From positions 29,400 to 93,399 of the forward strand of contig JAJCZM010000053.1 of assembly GCA_029262375.1 (NCBI GenBank): DNA of 64,000 nt, written 5' to 3'. Below, piece by piece: positions 1 to 8,795 of the stretch (position 1 is its first letter; every line of letters starts with the position of its first letter). The notes below the pieces were generated by a model. The model saw only the letters and a program-made list of their open reading frames with translations. It did no database searches and was not told where the DNA came from. A program made the translations under genes and the position numbers. This DNA comes from Deltaproteobacteria bacterium (GTDB taxonomy: Bacteria > Desulfobacterota > Binatia > UBA1149 > SPBQ01).

Positions 1-773
1 GCAGCCACGGCCGAGTATGGATCGGCGTGCGAGCTTCCGACGTTGCGTACCACGGTGGTCGAACAGTTCTGCTCGTGATCGGCGTGCAAGATGAAGAGTA
101 TGTCGAGTGCGCGTTCGAACACCGGGTTCGGCTTGTAGCGGAGCTCGGTCATCTTGAAGAGCATCGACAAGAAATTGCCGACGTAGTTCAGATCGTTGTC
201 CGGACTGACGAACGGGAGCCCGAGACTATGACGGTAAGCGTAGGCTGCAATGGTGGGCATCTTACCGATCAAACGCCGCACCTGAACGCGACGCGAGTCG
301 AGGTCGTCGATCTCTTTGGCGTCGGGGTAGAACGTCGAGAGCGCTCCGATCGTTCCCACGAGAATGCCCATTGGATGTGCGTCGTAGCGGAACCCCTCGA
401 TGAACTTCTTCATGTTCTCGTGGAGCATGGTGTGCATCGTGATGTTGTGATTCCACGCGGTCATGTGGTTTTCGTTGGGCAATTCGCCCTTGATGATGAG
501 ATAGGCGGTTTCGAGGTAGGTGCTATTCGCCGCCAGTTCCTCGATGGGGTAGCCGCGGTAGCGCAGAATGCCGGCGCCACCGTCGATGAAGGTGATTGCG
601 CTTCTGCAGCTGGCGGTGTTTACCAGACCCGGATCATAGGCGAGCAGGCCGAAGTCGTCGTCCGACGTCTTGATCTGTCGCAGATCCATTGACCGGATGC
701 TTCCGTCTTCGATGGGCAAGTCGTAGCTCTTACCCGTCCGATTGTCAGTTACTGTGAGTGACTCCTTCGACAT
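1..773 (-). CDS. gltA: Citrate synthase (type II), N-terminal part; runs off the window start
   Basis: Absent from the ORF track because there is no stop codon inside the window. Reverse-strand translation from the ATG at 773-771 gives MSKESLTVTDNRTGKSYDLPIEDGSIRSMDLRQI...ITFIDGGAGILRYRGYPIEELA...LFILHADHEQNCSTTVVRN. This includes the citrate synthase HADHEQN region. A GGAG lies about 10 nt upstream. The + ORF 27..692 is its antisense shadow. Confidence 0.9.
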   Translation of the reverse strand, partial: MSKESLTVTDNRTGKSYDLPIEDGSIRSMDLRQIKTSDDDFGLLAYDPGLVNTASCRSAITFIDGGAGILRYRGYPIEELAANSTYLETAYLIIKGELPNENHMTAWNHNITMHTMLHENMKKFIEGFRYDAHPMGILVGTIGALSTFYPDAKEIDDLDSRRVQVRRLIGKMPTIAAYAYRHSLGLPFVSPDNDLNYVGNFLSMLFKMTELRYKPNPVFERALDILFILHADHEQNCSTTVVRNVGSSHADPYSAVA

Positions 774-908
774 GACAACAATACTCCGGATCCTAATTTA
801 TCAAGACTGTGCGCGGGCGCAAAGTTCCCTCGGTTCGGGGCTTTGCGGCGTTACCTCGACGCGCGTGATTGTCGCCGTGCGACGCGAGCGCGGACGCACG
901 TCAGGGGA

Positions 909-1640
909 TTATGAAGGGTCGGACGCTTTTTTCGTCGCGCCGGTAAGCATGACTTCGAGCAGTGCGTTGGTGTACGCCTGCGACGCCTCAGGGCTTCGTG
1001 CGTCGATCCCATAGAGCGATTTCACCAGCGGTGCGAGGTGGAAGAAATGTTGCGCTGCGCCGAAGAAAACGAAAAGCAGGTATGCGTTCGGAATGTCTCG
1101 AACCAGTCCCGCTTCTTTGAGGTCGTCCAAGTAGACGCCCCAGCGTTCGAACAGCGGCCGAAGGTAGTATTCGGTCAGCCACTCCAGGCGCGGGCCCTGA
1201 ACCACGCCTTCGTGGTTCAGAATGCAAGCGAACTCCGGGTTCGCCGCCGCGAAGTCCATGAATCCGAACGTCAGTTCGACGAGACCGGGTGCCGAGTCGC
1301 TATCGGTCACTAACTCTTGCATCGCAGCGAGGTGCAGTTGAAGTTTTCCGAAGAGACCGTCTACGGTTGTTCGCCAAAGCGCCTCTTTGGAACCGAAGTG
1401 GTAGTGGACCAGAGGTTGAGTGACGCCCACGCGACGTGCGATCGACGCAGTGGTCGACCCTTCGTAGCCTTGCTCTGCAAACTCGGCAAGAGCGGCGTCG
1501 AGAATCATCTCTCTTGTGACTTTGGAAGAACGTCCACGGCGCGAAGGTGCAGTAGACGGATCGCGTGGATCTCGCGCATCGGTTGACGCGACGGCGGCCC
1601 CGGATGCTTTTCTCGAATTTGTGCTTTGAAGGTCGTCCAT
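909..1640 (-). CDS. TetR/AcrR family transcriptional regulator
   Basis: The N-terminal HTH region MILDAALAEFAEQGYEGSTTASIARRVGVTQPLVHYHFGSKEALW is a classic TetR_N signature. Confidence 0.85.
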   Translation of the reverse strand: MDDLQSTNSRKASGAAVASTDARDPRDPSTAPSRRGRSSKVTREMILDAALAEFAEQGYEGSTTASIARRVGVTQPLVHYHFGSKEALWRTTVDGLFGKLQLHLAAMQELVTDSDSAPGLVELTFGFMDFAAANPEFACILNHEGVVQGPRLEWLTEYYLRPLFERWGVYLDDLKEAGLVRDIPNAYLLFVFFGAAQHFFHLAPLVKSLYGIDARSPEASQAYTNALLEVMLTGATKKASDPS

Positions 1641-1655
1641 TGCTCGCTGTCGCGC

Positions 1656-2849
1656 TTATCTACGAACGCAGGGTGCAACGCAAGTCAGTTGACCCGTGCT
1701 GCTGCGCGGCAATTTGGGACGGTTTAGGCCACGTGCCGTGGCATTGTCTCGAATAGGATCCTGTAGGCGTATTATTCCCACACGGTCGTCGAAAACACTG
1801 CTCAGAAAGACTTCTCCGTTCACTTCGAGTGCGGTTGCTACGGCGCCAATGGTATCCCCCGAATGCGCGAATCGCTTCGTGACTTTCAGCGTCTCCGGCG
1901 TGATTTCGTAAACGGCCCAGGCGGACCTACAGGCTCCCCGACGAAAGAAACATCCGAACAACTCGTACGCTCTCGTGTGTGTGGCGACGAGGAGAGTATC
2001 GCGCGACGTCCACGTCAAATTGTCGGGAGCGCCGTCGAGATCGATGTGGATCGCACCATCCGCCGTACTGATGGCGCGGCGATGTAGGCGCTGTGCGATG
2101 GTCTCGGTGTAGAGCGCTGTCGCCCCGTCCCTTGATAGCGCTACGCCGTTCGCCATCAGTGATTGCGTCTCGGGCAGATGGCTCCAACCGGTTTCGCGCG
2201 TCCATGTCATGACATCGCCGGTTGGCTGTCGGAAAAGCGACGCCTTCACCGAATGGCGGTGGGAAGAGTCCGGCAGGTAGTTCGATGCCAGTATGAGCCC
2301 GTCTGCAGACACCGCCACATCGTTGATCATCACGCTATCGGGAGAAGGAATGCAGGCCTTCCACGTCAGCTCCGTCGTCGAAGCGGTACCGGTCAACTTG
2401 AAAATCTCGATGGCCTCGCGGCCGCCCCCATCGCCGGCGTGCGCAGCGACGTAAACTGTGGCGCCGTTCGCGTCGGCGATCGAGGTCAGTCCGTGCGGGG
2501 AGAAACTCGCGGCCGTCGGCGCCTCGGTGCAGCGGGGATCGCCGAGCGACGGGTCCGGGGCTGAGGCACCGTCGGGCCAGAGCAGGTGTGTTTCTCGCGA
2601 TTGCGGCAAAAGCGCGCTGAGAAAGCCGCCGCTTTCGAGAGGCCCGTCGCTTTTCTGCCCGCCGTCGTGGCGCATGTTCGACACGATGATGATGTCGGCC
2701 GTTTCGACGAACTCGATATCTTCGGGGTTGCGAAATCCGCAAACCGTTTCGAGTTCCTCTCCGCGCGAACACGGTGGCCGGTCCGGGCCGGCGCAAGCAC
2801 CTGCACCAACAGCCAACGCGAGTCCCAATAGCAACGAGAAGTGCTTCAT
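1656..2849 (-). CDS. Lipoprotein, SMP-30/gluconolactonase/arylesterase-like beta-propeller (tentative)
   Basis: I used the internal start MKHFSLLLGLALAVGAGAC (signal peptide plus lipobox-like GAC) of track ORF 1656..3683. Motifs such as NDVAVSADGLILASN and ANGVALSRDGATALYTET recall SMP-30/LRE-type propellers. The upstream 278 codons of the track ORF overlap the opposite-strand BNR gene and were dropped. Confidence 0.55.
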   Translation of the reverse strand: MKHFSLLLGLALAVGAGACAGPDRPPCSRGEELETVCGFRNPEDIEFVETADIIIVSNMRHDGGQKSDGPLESGGFLSALLPQSRETHLLWPDGASAPDPSLGDPRCTEAPTAASFSPHGLTSIADANGATVYVAAHAGDGGGREAIEIFKLTGTASTTELTWKACIPSPDSVMINDVAVSADGLILASNYLPDSSHRHSVKASLFRQPTGDVMTWTRETGWSHLPETQSLMANGVALSRDGATALYTETIAQRLHRRAISTADGAIHIDLDGAPDNLTWTSRDTLLVATHTRAYELFGCFFRRGACRSAWAVYEITPETLKVTKRFAHSGDTIGAVATALEVNGEVFLSSVFDDRVGIIRLQDPIRDNATARGLNRPKLPRSSTGQLTCVAPCVRR

Positions 2850-3135
2850 CGCCAAGCACCATAGCCTCTGCGGGCGGGTCGGCGAAGGCGCTCGTGCAGG
2901 CGATATGCCCCACCCGCGTCTGGCCATGGCAACGCCGGCTGCGTAATTGTGGGTCTGTGCCCACCCTTCCGGGGTAGGAGCCCTGTTTTTGCCGCGGTCG
3001 AAACCGGCTACTCTCGAAAGTCGTGCTCGCGTGTTGGTGCGCCCGTGTACCGTGTGCCCTGCGATGGTCCGCGCACGCACGCACAAACGGAAAGGAATGA
3101 GCGGGGCAATGAGACAGCGAATGCAAAGCGGCAAC

Positions 3136-4611
3136 ATGAACAGGACGAAGAAGATGAAAAGACGTTCGCTACGCGCTGTTTTGCCCGTGATCGCGACCTG
3201 CGCTTTGGTTGCGCTGTGGACGGCTTCCTCTGACTCCGCCGGCCGACTTCTCCCGTCCTTCGGGCAACAGTCGTTGCTCAGTGAACACCAGGCGCGTGGC
3301 AGCGTCACGAACATTTTTGGCTCGACAGGCTCCGACAGTAATCCTTCGGTGGCGACCGGCTCCGACGGTTTGTGGATCGCAGTGTGGCACTCCTCGGAAA
3401 CGCGCGGCAACACGCTCGGCAGCGACTGGGACGTTTTCGTATCACGCTCGAGCGACGGCGGTAACACTTGGGACGAGGGGTCTCTTCTCAATGACAACGG
3501 GGCTGATGACAAAGGCGACGACCTATCGCCGTTTGTCGCAACCGACGGCGATGGCAACTGGGTCGTGGCTTGGACATCTAGCGAGGCGATGGGCAACACT
3601 TTCGGTCGCGACCGCGACATCCTGTATTGTCGCTCGACCGATAACGGTACAACCTGGAGTTCGCCTGCACCGCTCAACGTCAACGCGGCGCAAGACTACG
3701 GTCACGACTCACACGTTCGGCTCGCCAGCGACGGCAACGGTAGTTGGGTGGCGATTTGGGTCTCCACCGACAGCCTTGTAAATCGAGTCGGCGGAGACAG
3801 CGACATCTTCGTCTCACGTTCGCGCGACAACGGTGCGAGTTGGACGCACCCGATGCCGCTCAACACCAATGCGGCCGTCGACACTGGATTCGATACTACG
3901 CCGGATATCGCAGTAGACTCCGCCGCTAACTGGACCGTCGTTTGGTCGTCCGGAGACGCTCTGGACGGCTCGCTTGGGTCCGATCGCGACATATTCGTTG
4001 CTCGTTCACAGGATGCCGGCGCGAGTTGGACCGATCCGGCCGCCCTCAACCTGACCGCAGCCGAAGACGCTCTTCACGATTGGAGCCCGCGTCTCGCGGT
4101 ATCGGACAACGGGGTGTGGGTAACCGTTTGGTCTTCGGCAGACACGCTCGGCGGAACGATCGGCATGGACAGCGACACGCTACTTGCACGTTCGCAGGAC
4201 CACGGGGCGACATGGTCCCGCCCCGTTCCTATCGATCCGCGCGCCGCTTCGGATTCTCAAGAGGACGCGTCGCCCTCGATCGTTACGGACGGCAAGTCCA
4301 AGTGGATGGTCGTTTGGCACTCGTTCTCCGCGGCCTCGGCCTACGGCGCAGCGGACTCAGATGTTGTCGCATCCATATCGCAGGACGACGGCCTGACGTG
4401 GAGTCTGCCGAAGGCTGTCAACGGGGCCGCTGCCGACGACTCCGTGGACGATTCGCATCCACAGCTCGCGACCGACGGTGCGGGGAACTGGGTCGTGATC
4501 TGGCAGACCTACGCCGTTTCCGGCGGAACGACGATCAGCGACGACGTTCGCTCGGGCTGGACCGTCCAGACGGCGCACGGTCGCCTCGTAGAGAGCGTAG
4601 ATACCAAGTAG
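3136..4611 (+). CDS. Secreted BNR/Asp-box repeat protein (sialidase-like beta-propeller)
   Basis: Asp-box motifs S-x-D-x-G-x-T-W recur as SSDGGNTW, STDNGTTW, SRDNGASW, SQDAGASW, SQDHGATW and SQDDGLTW. They are embedded in a repeat unit of about 59 aa (ATDG-GNWVV-W...D-DI...RS-D-G-TW). The signal-like N-terminus is MNRTKKMKRRSLRAVLPVIATCALVALW. The start is uncertain: 3121, 3136 or 3154. Confidence 0.8.
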   Translation: MNRTKKMKRRSLRAVLPVIATCALVALWTASSDSAGRLLPSFGQQSLLSEHQARGSVTNIFGSTGSDSNPSVATGSDGLWIAVWHSSETRGNTLGSDWDVFVSRSSDGGNTWDEGSLLNDNGADDKGDDLSPFVATDGDGNWVVAWTSSEAMGNTFGRDRDILYCRSTDNGTTWSSPAPLNVNAAQDYGHDSHVRLASDGNGSWVAIWVSTDSLVNRVGGDSDIFVSRSRDNGASWTHPMPLNTNAAVDTGFDTTPDIAVDSAANWTVVWSSGDALDGSLGSDRDIFVARSQDAGASWTDPAALNLTAAEDALHDWSPRLAVSDNGVWVTVWSSADTLGGTIGMDSDTLLARSQDHGATWSRPVPIDPRAASDSQEDASPSIVTDGKSKWMVVWHSFSAASAYGAADSDVVASISQDDGLTWSLPKAVNGAAADDSVDDSHPQLATDGAGNWVVIWQTYAVSGGTTISDDVRSGWTVQTAHGRLVESVDTK

Positions 4612-4661
4612 CGGCGTCGTACGTTTGGTTTTTCCCCAGTCAATGTTACGAGACTCTCCCT

Positions 4662-5663
4662 ATGGGCAAGGGGCAGACTCTACACGCACATCTTCTTGAC
4701 GCATCATCGAACGGAACGATCGACGACGGGTTGCTGACGCTGATTCTCGACCTGGTGCGGGTCTCTTGCACCATATCCGATGAAGTGAACCGCGCCGGTC
4801 TGGCCGACATACTCGGCGTCACCGGTGAGCGAAACGTTCATGGTGAAGAGGTCAAGAAGCTCGACATGCGAGCCAACGACCTGCTCATCGACGCGATGCG
4901 CGAGTCGGGCAGCGTGTGCGGCATGGCGTCTGAAGAGAACGAGGACGCGATCGATGCGTCGGCGAAAGGCGAATCCAGCGAGTACGTCTTGTTCTTCGAC
5001 CCGCTCGACGGTTCCTCGAACATCGACGTGAATGTGAGCATCGGCACTATCTTCTCCATCTATCGAAGAAAGTCCGAGCGCGGCACATCGGCCACCCCCG
5101 AGGACTACCTGCAGCGCGGCACAGAGCAGGTCGCCGCCGGCTACTTTGTCTACGGTTCGAGCACGATGCTCGTCTACACTGCCGGAAACGGAGTGCACGG
5201 ATTCACACTCGATCCATCCAAGCGCGAGTACTTTCTCTCGCATGCGAGCATCCGCACGCCGTCGAGAGGAAGGGTCTTCAGCTGCAACGAAGGCAACACG
5301 AACACGTGGTGCAGCGGCACGCAGAAGTACGTCGCGTCGCTCAAGGCGTCCGACACCGCGGGAAAGCCGTATTCCGGCCGCTACGTCGGCTCGTTCGTGG
5401 CCGACTTCCACCGCAATCTGCTCAAGGGCGGAATCTTCCTCTATCCGTCGCAAGACCAGGGGCCGGGCAAGCCGCGCAAAGGTAAGCTTCGGCTGATGTA
5501 CGAAGGCAATCCTATGGCCATGGTCGTGGAGCAAGCGGGCGGCCGCGCCAGTGACGGTGCTCGTCGCATCATGGATATCGTTCCCGGGGAAATTCACGAG
5601 CGCGTCGCTTTGATCATCGGCTCTAGCGATGACGTCGAAGAGTACCTGGGCTTCGTCAAGTAG
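4662..5663 (+). CDS. fbp: Fructose-1,6-bisphosphatase class 1
   Basis: Internal ATG of track ORF 3942..5663. Motifs include FFDPLDGSSNIDVNVSIGTIFSI, GYFVYGSSTMLV, GRYVGSFVADFHRNLLKGGIFLYP and LRLMYEGNPMAMVVEQAGG. Confidence 0.95.
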   Translation: MGKGQTLHAHLLDASSNGTIDDGLLTLILDLVRVSCTISDEVNRAGLADILGVTGERNVHGEEVKKLDMRANDLLIDAMRESGSVCGMASEENEDAIDASAKGESSEYVLFFDPLDGSSNIDVNVSIGTIFSIYRRKSERGTSATPEDYLQRGTEQVAAGYFVYGSSTMLVYTAGNGVHGFTLDPSKREYFLSHASIRTPSRGRVFSCNEGNTNTWCSGTQKYVASLKASDTAGKPYSGRYVGSFVADFHRNLLKGGIFLYPSQDQGPGKPRKGKLRLMYEGNPMAMVVEQAGGRASDGARRIMDIVPGEIHERVALIIGSSDDVEEYLGFVK

Positions 5664-5861
5664 TTCGCTACAGTCCACCTCGTAACATTCCGCGCGCCGT
5701 TTGCGACGCAACGCCGTCGCCTGCGCGACGGATCGGCATCACGATGGCGTCGGCTGCGCTGCTCAGGACGCGTTGCGACGGTCTTCTGTCGTAGTCGTGC
5801 GCATCGATTCGATCGCTGCAGTCGCCTATCTGCCACGGTTTGCAGCCGCTGACCCCCGCGT

Positions 5862-5877
5862 TGGCGTCCCCATTGCA
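5862..5877 (+). promoter_or_regulatory. Candidate sigma-54 (-24/-12) promoter upstream of module gene A
   Basis: TGGCGTCCCCATTGCA has the GG-N10-GC spacing of the consensus TGGCAC-N5-TTGCW. The -12 element TTGCA is exact. It lies 66 nt upstream of the GTG start at 5943. Confidence 0.45.
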
Positions 5878-5942
5878 TAGTTCTCTCTCAACGCGTTGGC
5901 GGGCGTGCACCCGCTGCGTAACATTTGTTGGAGAGTTGAGCA

Positions 5943-7400
5943 GTGCGAACGAAGTTTGGTTCGATATGTAGTTTGATTGGTTTCGGCGTAGCGGGGTTGG
6001 CGTTGGCGACCGCCTCAGACGCGGCGGCACAGGTCGATTGTAGTTTCTCGATCCATCTCGACGATGCAGTCGCGATCGGCTCGATACAGTACACGCTCGA
6101 CTATTCCGGTACCGGTGGCGACATCAACGGGCTGGGCGGTGACGTGGAGTGCAGCGACCTGACCAGCTCGTTCGTTACGTTTTTCGATGACGACGCCGGT
6201 AGCGTGAACGCGGCCTACCTGAGTTTCACCGGTTTCAACGGCCCGACCGACATGGCCACCTGCAACATGACGGCGCCGATCGTTCCAAGTGCGGGCGACT
6301 TCAGTGTGGTCGTGAGTGACGCTGCCGATCCTTTCACCGCGCCGATCGATCCGCTGCCGGTGGCTTCGGTCACCGATATCAGTTGCTCGGGCGGCGCTGG
6401 ATCGACGACCACGACCTTCGGTGGAACCACGACGACTTCCACGACTTCCACCACCAGCACGACATTCCCGGGCAGCCCGTTCTGCTGGGTCCGCGTTTCG
6501 ATGACGACGAATGAGTCGCTCGGTTCGCTGCAATACGATCTGGACTACAGCGGCGCGTCCGGTGAGTTCGAAGGCTCGGCCGATTCCGTAACTTGCGAGA
6601 ACCTGGTCGGCGGTGCGATTTCCACGATGGCTGATGACGACGTCGATACGGTCGGGGTCGCAGTGATCTCGCTCAGCGGGTTCACGGGGCCGACCGATGT
6701 AACTCGCTGCGTATGGTTGCCGAGCGGTGCCGATCCGGTTGCCGGCGACTATTCCATCACTATCGTCGACGCGTCGGATACGGATGCGATGCCGGTGATC
6801 CCCCAGCCGACCATCGAAATTTCCGATATCAGCTGTTTCGCAGGGCCGACGACGACTACCACATCGACGACCACGACGACGTTGGCGCCGTATTGCGGCG
6901 ATGGAATGATAAATCTCGACGATGAGTGTGACGATGGCGCCGGCAATTCCGACGCGCTGCCCGATGCCTGCCGCACGGACTGCACATTGCCGACCTGTGG
7001 CGACGCCGTGACCGATAGCGGTGAGGGCTGCGATGACGGGCCGGGCAATTCGGACTCCGGTGCCGACGCCTGTCGAACCGATTGCACTCCCGCGACCTGC
7101 GGCGATAGCGTTGTGGATACCGGTGAGGACTGCGATCTCGGTGCGCAAAACAATCCTGAAGCTTCAAACGGTTGTTACGACGACTGCAGCGAGTTCATGC
7201 TCTGCGGCGACGCGAACGGTGACATGAACGTCACTGCGCCGGACGCGCAGCAAGTGCTCCAAGCCGGCGTCGGTTTGATCGCCGACTGTCCTCTCGAGCG
7301 TTGCGACGCTAGCCAGGACGGTGTGGTGACCGCCGGTGACGCACATCGCGTGTTGGCGGGTGCGGTCGGCCTCCTTATATTGGACTGCGAACAGCCCTAG
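5943..7400 (+). CDS. Secreted modular protein A: 2 unassigned four-Cys modules + Thr linkers + 3 Myxococcus-type Cys-rich repeats + dockerin-like C-terminus
   Basis: Signal peptide MRTKFGSICSLIGFGVAGLALATASDAAAQ. Modules lie at 6033-6386 and 6480-6836. Linkers are TTTTFGGTTTTSTTSTTSTT and PTTTTTSTTTTT. Cys-rich repeats of the form CGDG-x5-E-x-CDDG-x-C-x2-DC lie at about 6894-7200. The dockerin-like pair CGDANGDMNVTAPDAQQVL...CDASQDGVVTAGDAHRVL lies at about 7202-7390. Confidence 0.85.
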   Translation: MRTKFGSICSLIGFGVAGLALATASDAAAQVDCSFSIHLDDAVAIGSIQYTLDYSGTGGDINGLGGDVECSDLTSSFVTFFDDDAGSVNAAYLSFTGFNGPTDMATCNMTAPIVPSAGDFSVVVSDAADPFTAPIDPLPVASVTDISCSGGAGSTTTTFGGTTTTSTTSTTSTTFPGSPFCWVRVSMTTNESLGSLQYDLDYSGASGEFEGSADSVTCENLVGGAISTMADDDVDTVGVAVISLSGFTGPTDVTRCVWLPSGADPVAGDYSITIVDASDTDAMPVIPQPTIEISDISCFAGPTTTTTSTTTTTLAPYCGDGMINLDDECDDGAGNSDALPDACRTDCTLPTCGDAVTDSGEGCDDGPGNSDSGADACRTDCTPATCGDSVVDTGEDCDLGAQNNPEASNGCYDDCSEFMLCGDANGDMNVTAPDAQQVLQAGVGLIADCPLERCDASQDGVVTAGDAHRVLAGAVGLLILDCEQP

Positions 7401-7597
7401 ACGCTTTCGACGAAAGAACTCCTCAGATACGTCGTCGCTTTGGTGTCGCGTATCCTCCTCAGCGCGCCCTGTCGGTCCCCAAGCCGACGGGGCGCAGCTG
7501 GTTTGAGGGCAACTGTGTCGTACTCGCCCCTGAGTAGGACCGGGCGGCCTTGCTCGTGGAGAGTTCCCGGGACTACGCTGTAGCCGGTACGCGCTGA

Positions 7598-8458
7598 ATG
7601 TTACGAACCGCAAAGCGAGTGGCCTATCTGTTGGCCGTATGGGCCACGTGCACATTGTTGTCGGCCCGCACCGTACCGACCGCGTCGGCGGCTGGATCGG
7701 GCTTTACCTGCCGTGTCTCCGTCGGCATGACGGAGCCGCTTCTAGGCCTGATTCGCCTCGATTTCGACCTATTCTATCCGTCGGGAACCGCCAACGTCGT
7801 CGGCTCCGGGAGCGATGCTGCGTGCAGAGGCCTGGCGATCGACGTGAACGACCAGCCGGTTGCCACTCAGTTCATCGACGACGACGACGGAACTCTCAGC
7901 GCGTCGCTGGTCTCGCTCAACAGCTTCGCCGGCTTTACCCCGTTGGCGCTATGTACTGTGTTCACCTCGGTTCCGCTCGTGATGTCGGATTTTTCAGCTG
8001 GAGCAGTGCTCGCAAACATTCCGGGCGGGGCGCCTGCGGAGATGCTGCCGCCGATCCAGATCACGGGGGTCGATTGCTCGATGGGGACGACGACGACGTT
8101 GTCGACCAGTACCACGAGCATGACGACACTGACTACCACGACGACATCGACGACGACGACTACTACTCTCAGTATGCCGACTACGACTCTCGTCATGCCG
8201 ACCACGACCGTAATCGGCTCTACGACGACCACGACCACGCTTGGCGGCTCGCTGCCCACATGCGGCGATCCTGACGCATCCGGCTCTACTACCGCCACAG
8301 ACGCTCTGTTCATCCTGAAGGGCTCGGTTGGGCTTCTCGCCTGCGCTGCCGAGTTCTGCGATGTCGATTCCAGTGGCAGTGTAACCGCCAGCGATGCGCT
8401 GCGGGTTCTCGGCGTCGCCGTCGGGCTACCTCACGAACTCAGCTGCCCCGGCACCTGA
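7598..8458 (+). CDS. Secreted modular protein B: 1 four-Cys module + long Thr-rich linker + dockerin-like C-terminus
   Basis: Signal peptide MLRTAKRVAYLLAVWATCTLLSARTVPTASA. The module lies at 7703-8077. A Thr-rich linker of about 55 aa lies at 8084-8245. The dockerin-like pair CGDPDASGSTTATDALFIL...CDVDSSGSVTASDALRVL lies at about 8261-8440. Confidence 0.8.
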   Translation: MLRTAKRVAYLLAVWATCTLLSARTVPTASAAGSGFTCRVSVGMTEPLLGLIRLDFDLFYPSGTANVVGSGSDAACRGLAIDVNDQPVATQFIDDDDGTLSASLVSLNSFAGFTPLALCTVFTSVPLVMSDFSAGAVLANIPGGAPAEMLPPIQITGVDCSMGTTTTLSTSTTSMTTLTTTTTSTTTTTTLSMPTTTLVMPTTTVIGSTTTTTTLGGSLPTCGDPDASGSTTATDALFILKGSVGLLACAAEFCDVDSSGSVTASDALRVLGVAVGLPHELSCPGT

Positions 8459-8724
8459 ACCGCCGACTGGAGCGACCAGCCGGCGTCGCGCGACCTGCGC
8501 TAGCGCATACAGTCCGTCATCCACCCCACCTTTGCGGTGTAGCTCTTTGCAGCGCCGTCTCTGCGCTCGCGGCAATGACCGGCATGTAGTCGTCGTTGAG
8601 CGCGACGGTATTTTGACGCGTGTGTCGATGGGCCGACACGAACTCTAAACAACCGCGTAAACGGTGTCGCAAGGTGCAACATGACATCCGTCAAGTTTGT
8701 TCCATTACGACGCGAAATTCGTCG

Positions 8725-8740
8725 TGGCTTGCGCCTTGCA
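8725..8740 (+). promoter_or_regulatory. Candidate sigma-54 (-24/-12) promoter upstream of module gene C
   Basis: TGGCTTGCGCCTTGCA has GG-N10-GC spacing with an exact TTGCA -12 element. It lies 56 nt upstream of the ATG at 8796. Confidence 0.45.
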
Positions 8741-8795
8741 AAAGCCCCGAGACCCGGGCCCTCCGGTCCGGGATACGTCTGCGAGGTAATACACG

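Noticed and set aside
27-692. 221-aa + strand ORF at the window start
   Set aside because: It is the antisense shadow of the citrate synthase gene, which reads convincingly on the minus strand (1-773). Its translation is Arg/Val/His-rich with no recognisable motif.
2850-3683. N-terminal 278 codons of the 675-aa minus-strand ORF 1656..3683
   Set aside because: This part overlaps the opposite-strand BNR gene and its promoter region. Its composition is Ser/Pro/Arg-rich. A proper lipoprotein signal peptide (MKHFSLLLGL...) starts at 2849.
3942-4661. N-terminal 240 codons of ORF 3942..5663 (the fbp frame)
   Set aside because: This is an Arg-rich out-of-frame read of the BNR gene. The conserved FBPase sequence begins at the ATG at 4662.
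4704-5711. 335-aa minus-strand ORF
   Set aside because: It is antisense to fbp and has no motifs. This is a typical high-GC shadow ORF.
6015-7148. 377-aa minus-strand ORF; also 9873..10694 (273 aa) and other ORFs inside genes A-C
   Set aside because: These are antisense or out-of-frame shadows of the module genes. They are extremely Arg/Gly-rich, whereas the + frames carry signal peptides and repeated conserved modules.
8084-8245. ACG/ACC-rich DNA low-complexity tracts; also about 6400-6460 and 6845-6885
   Set aside because: These are not independent repeat elements. They encode the Thr-rich interdomain linkers of genes A and B.
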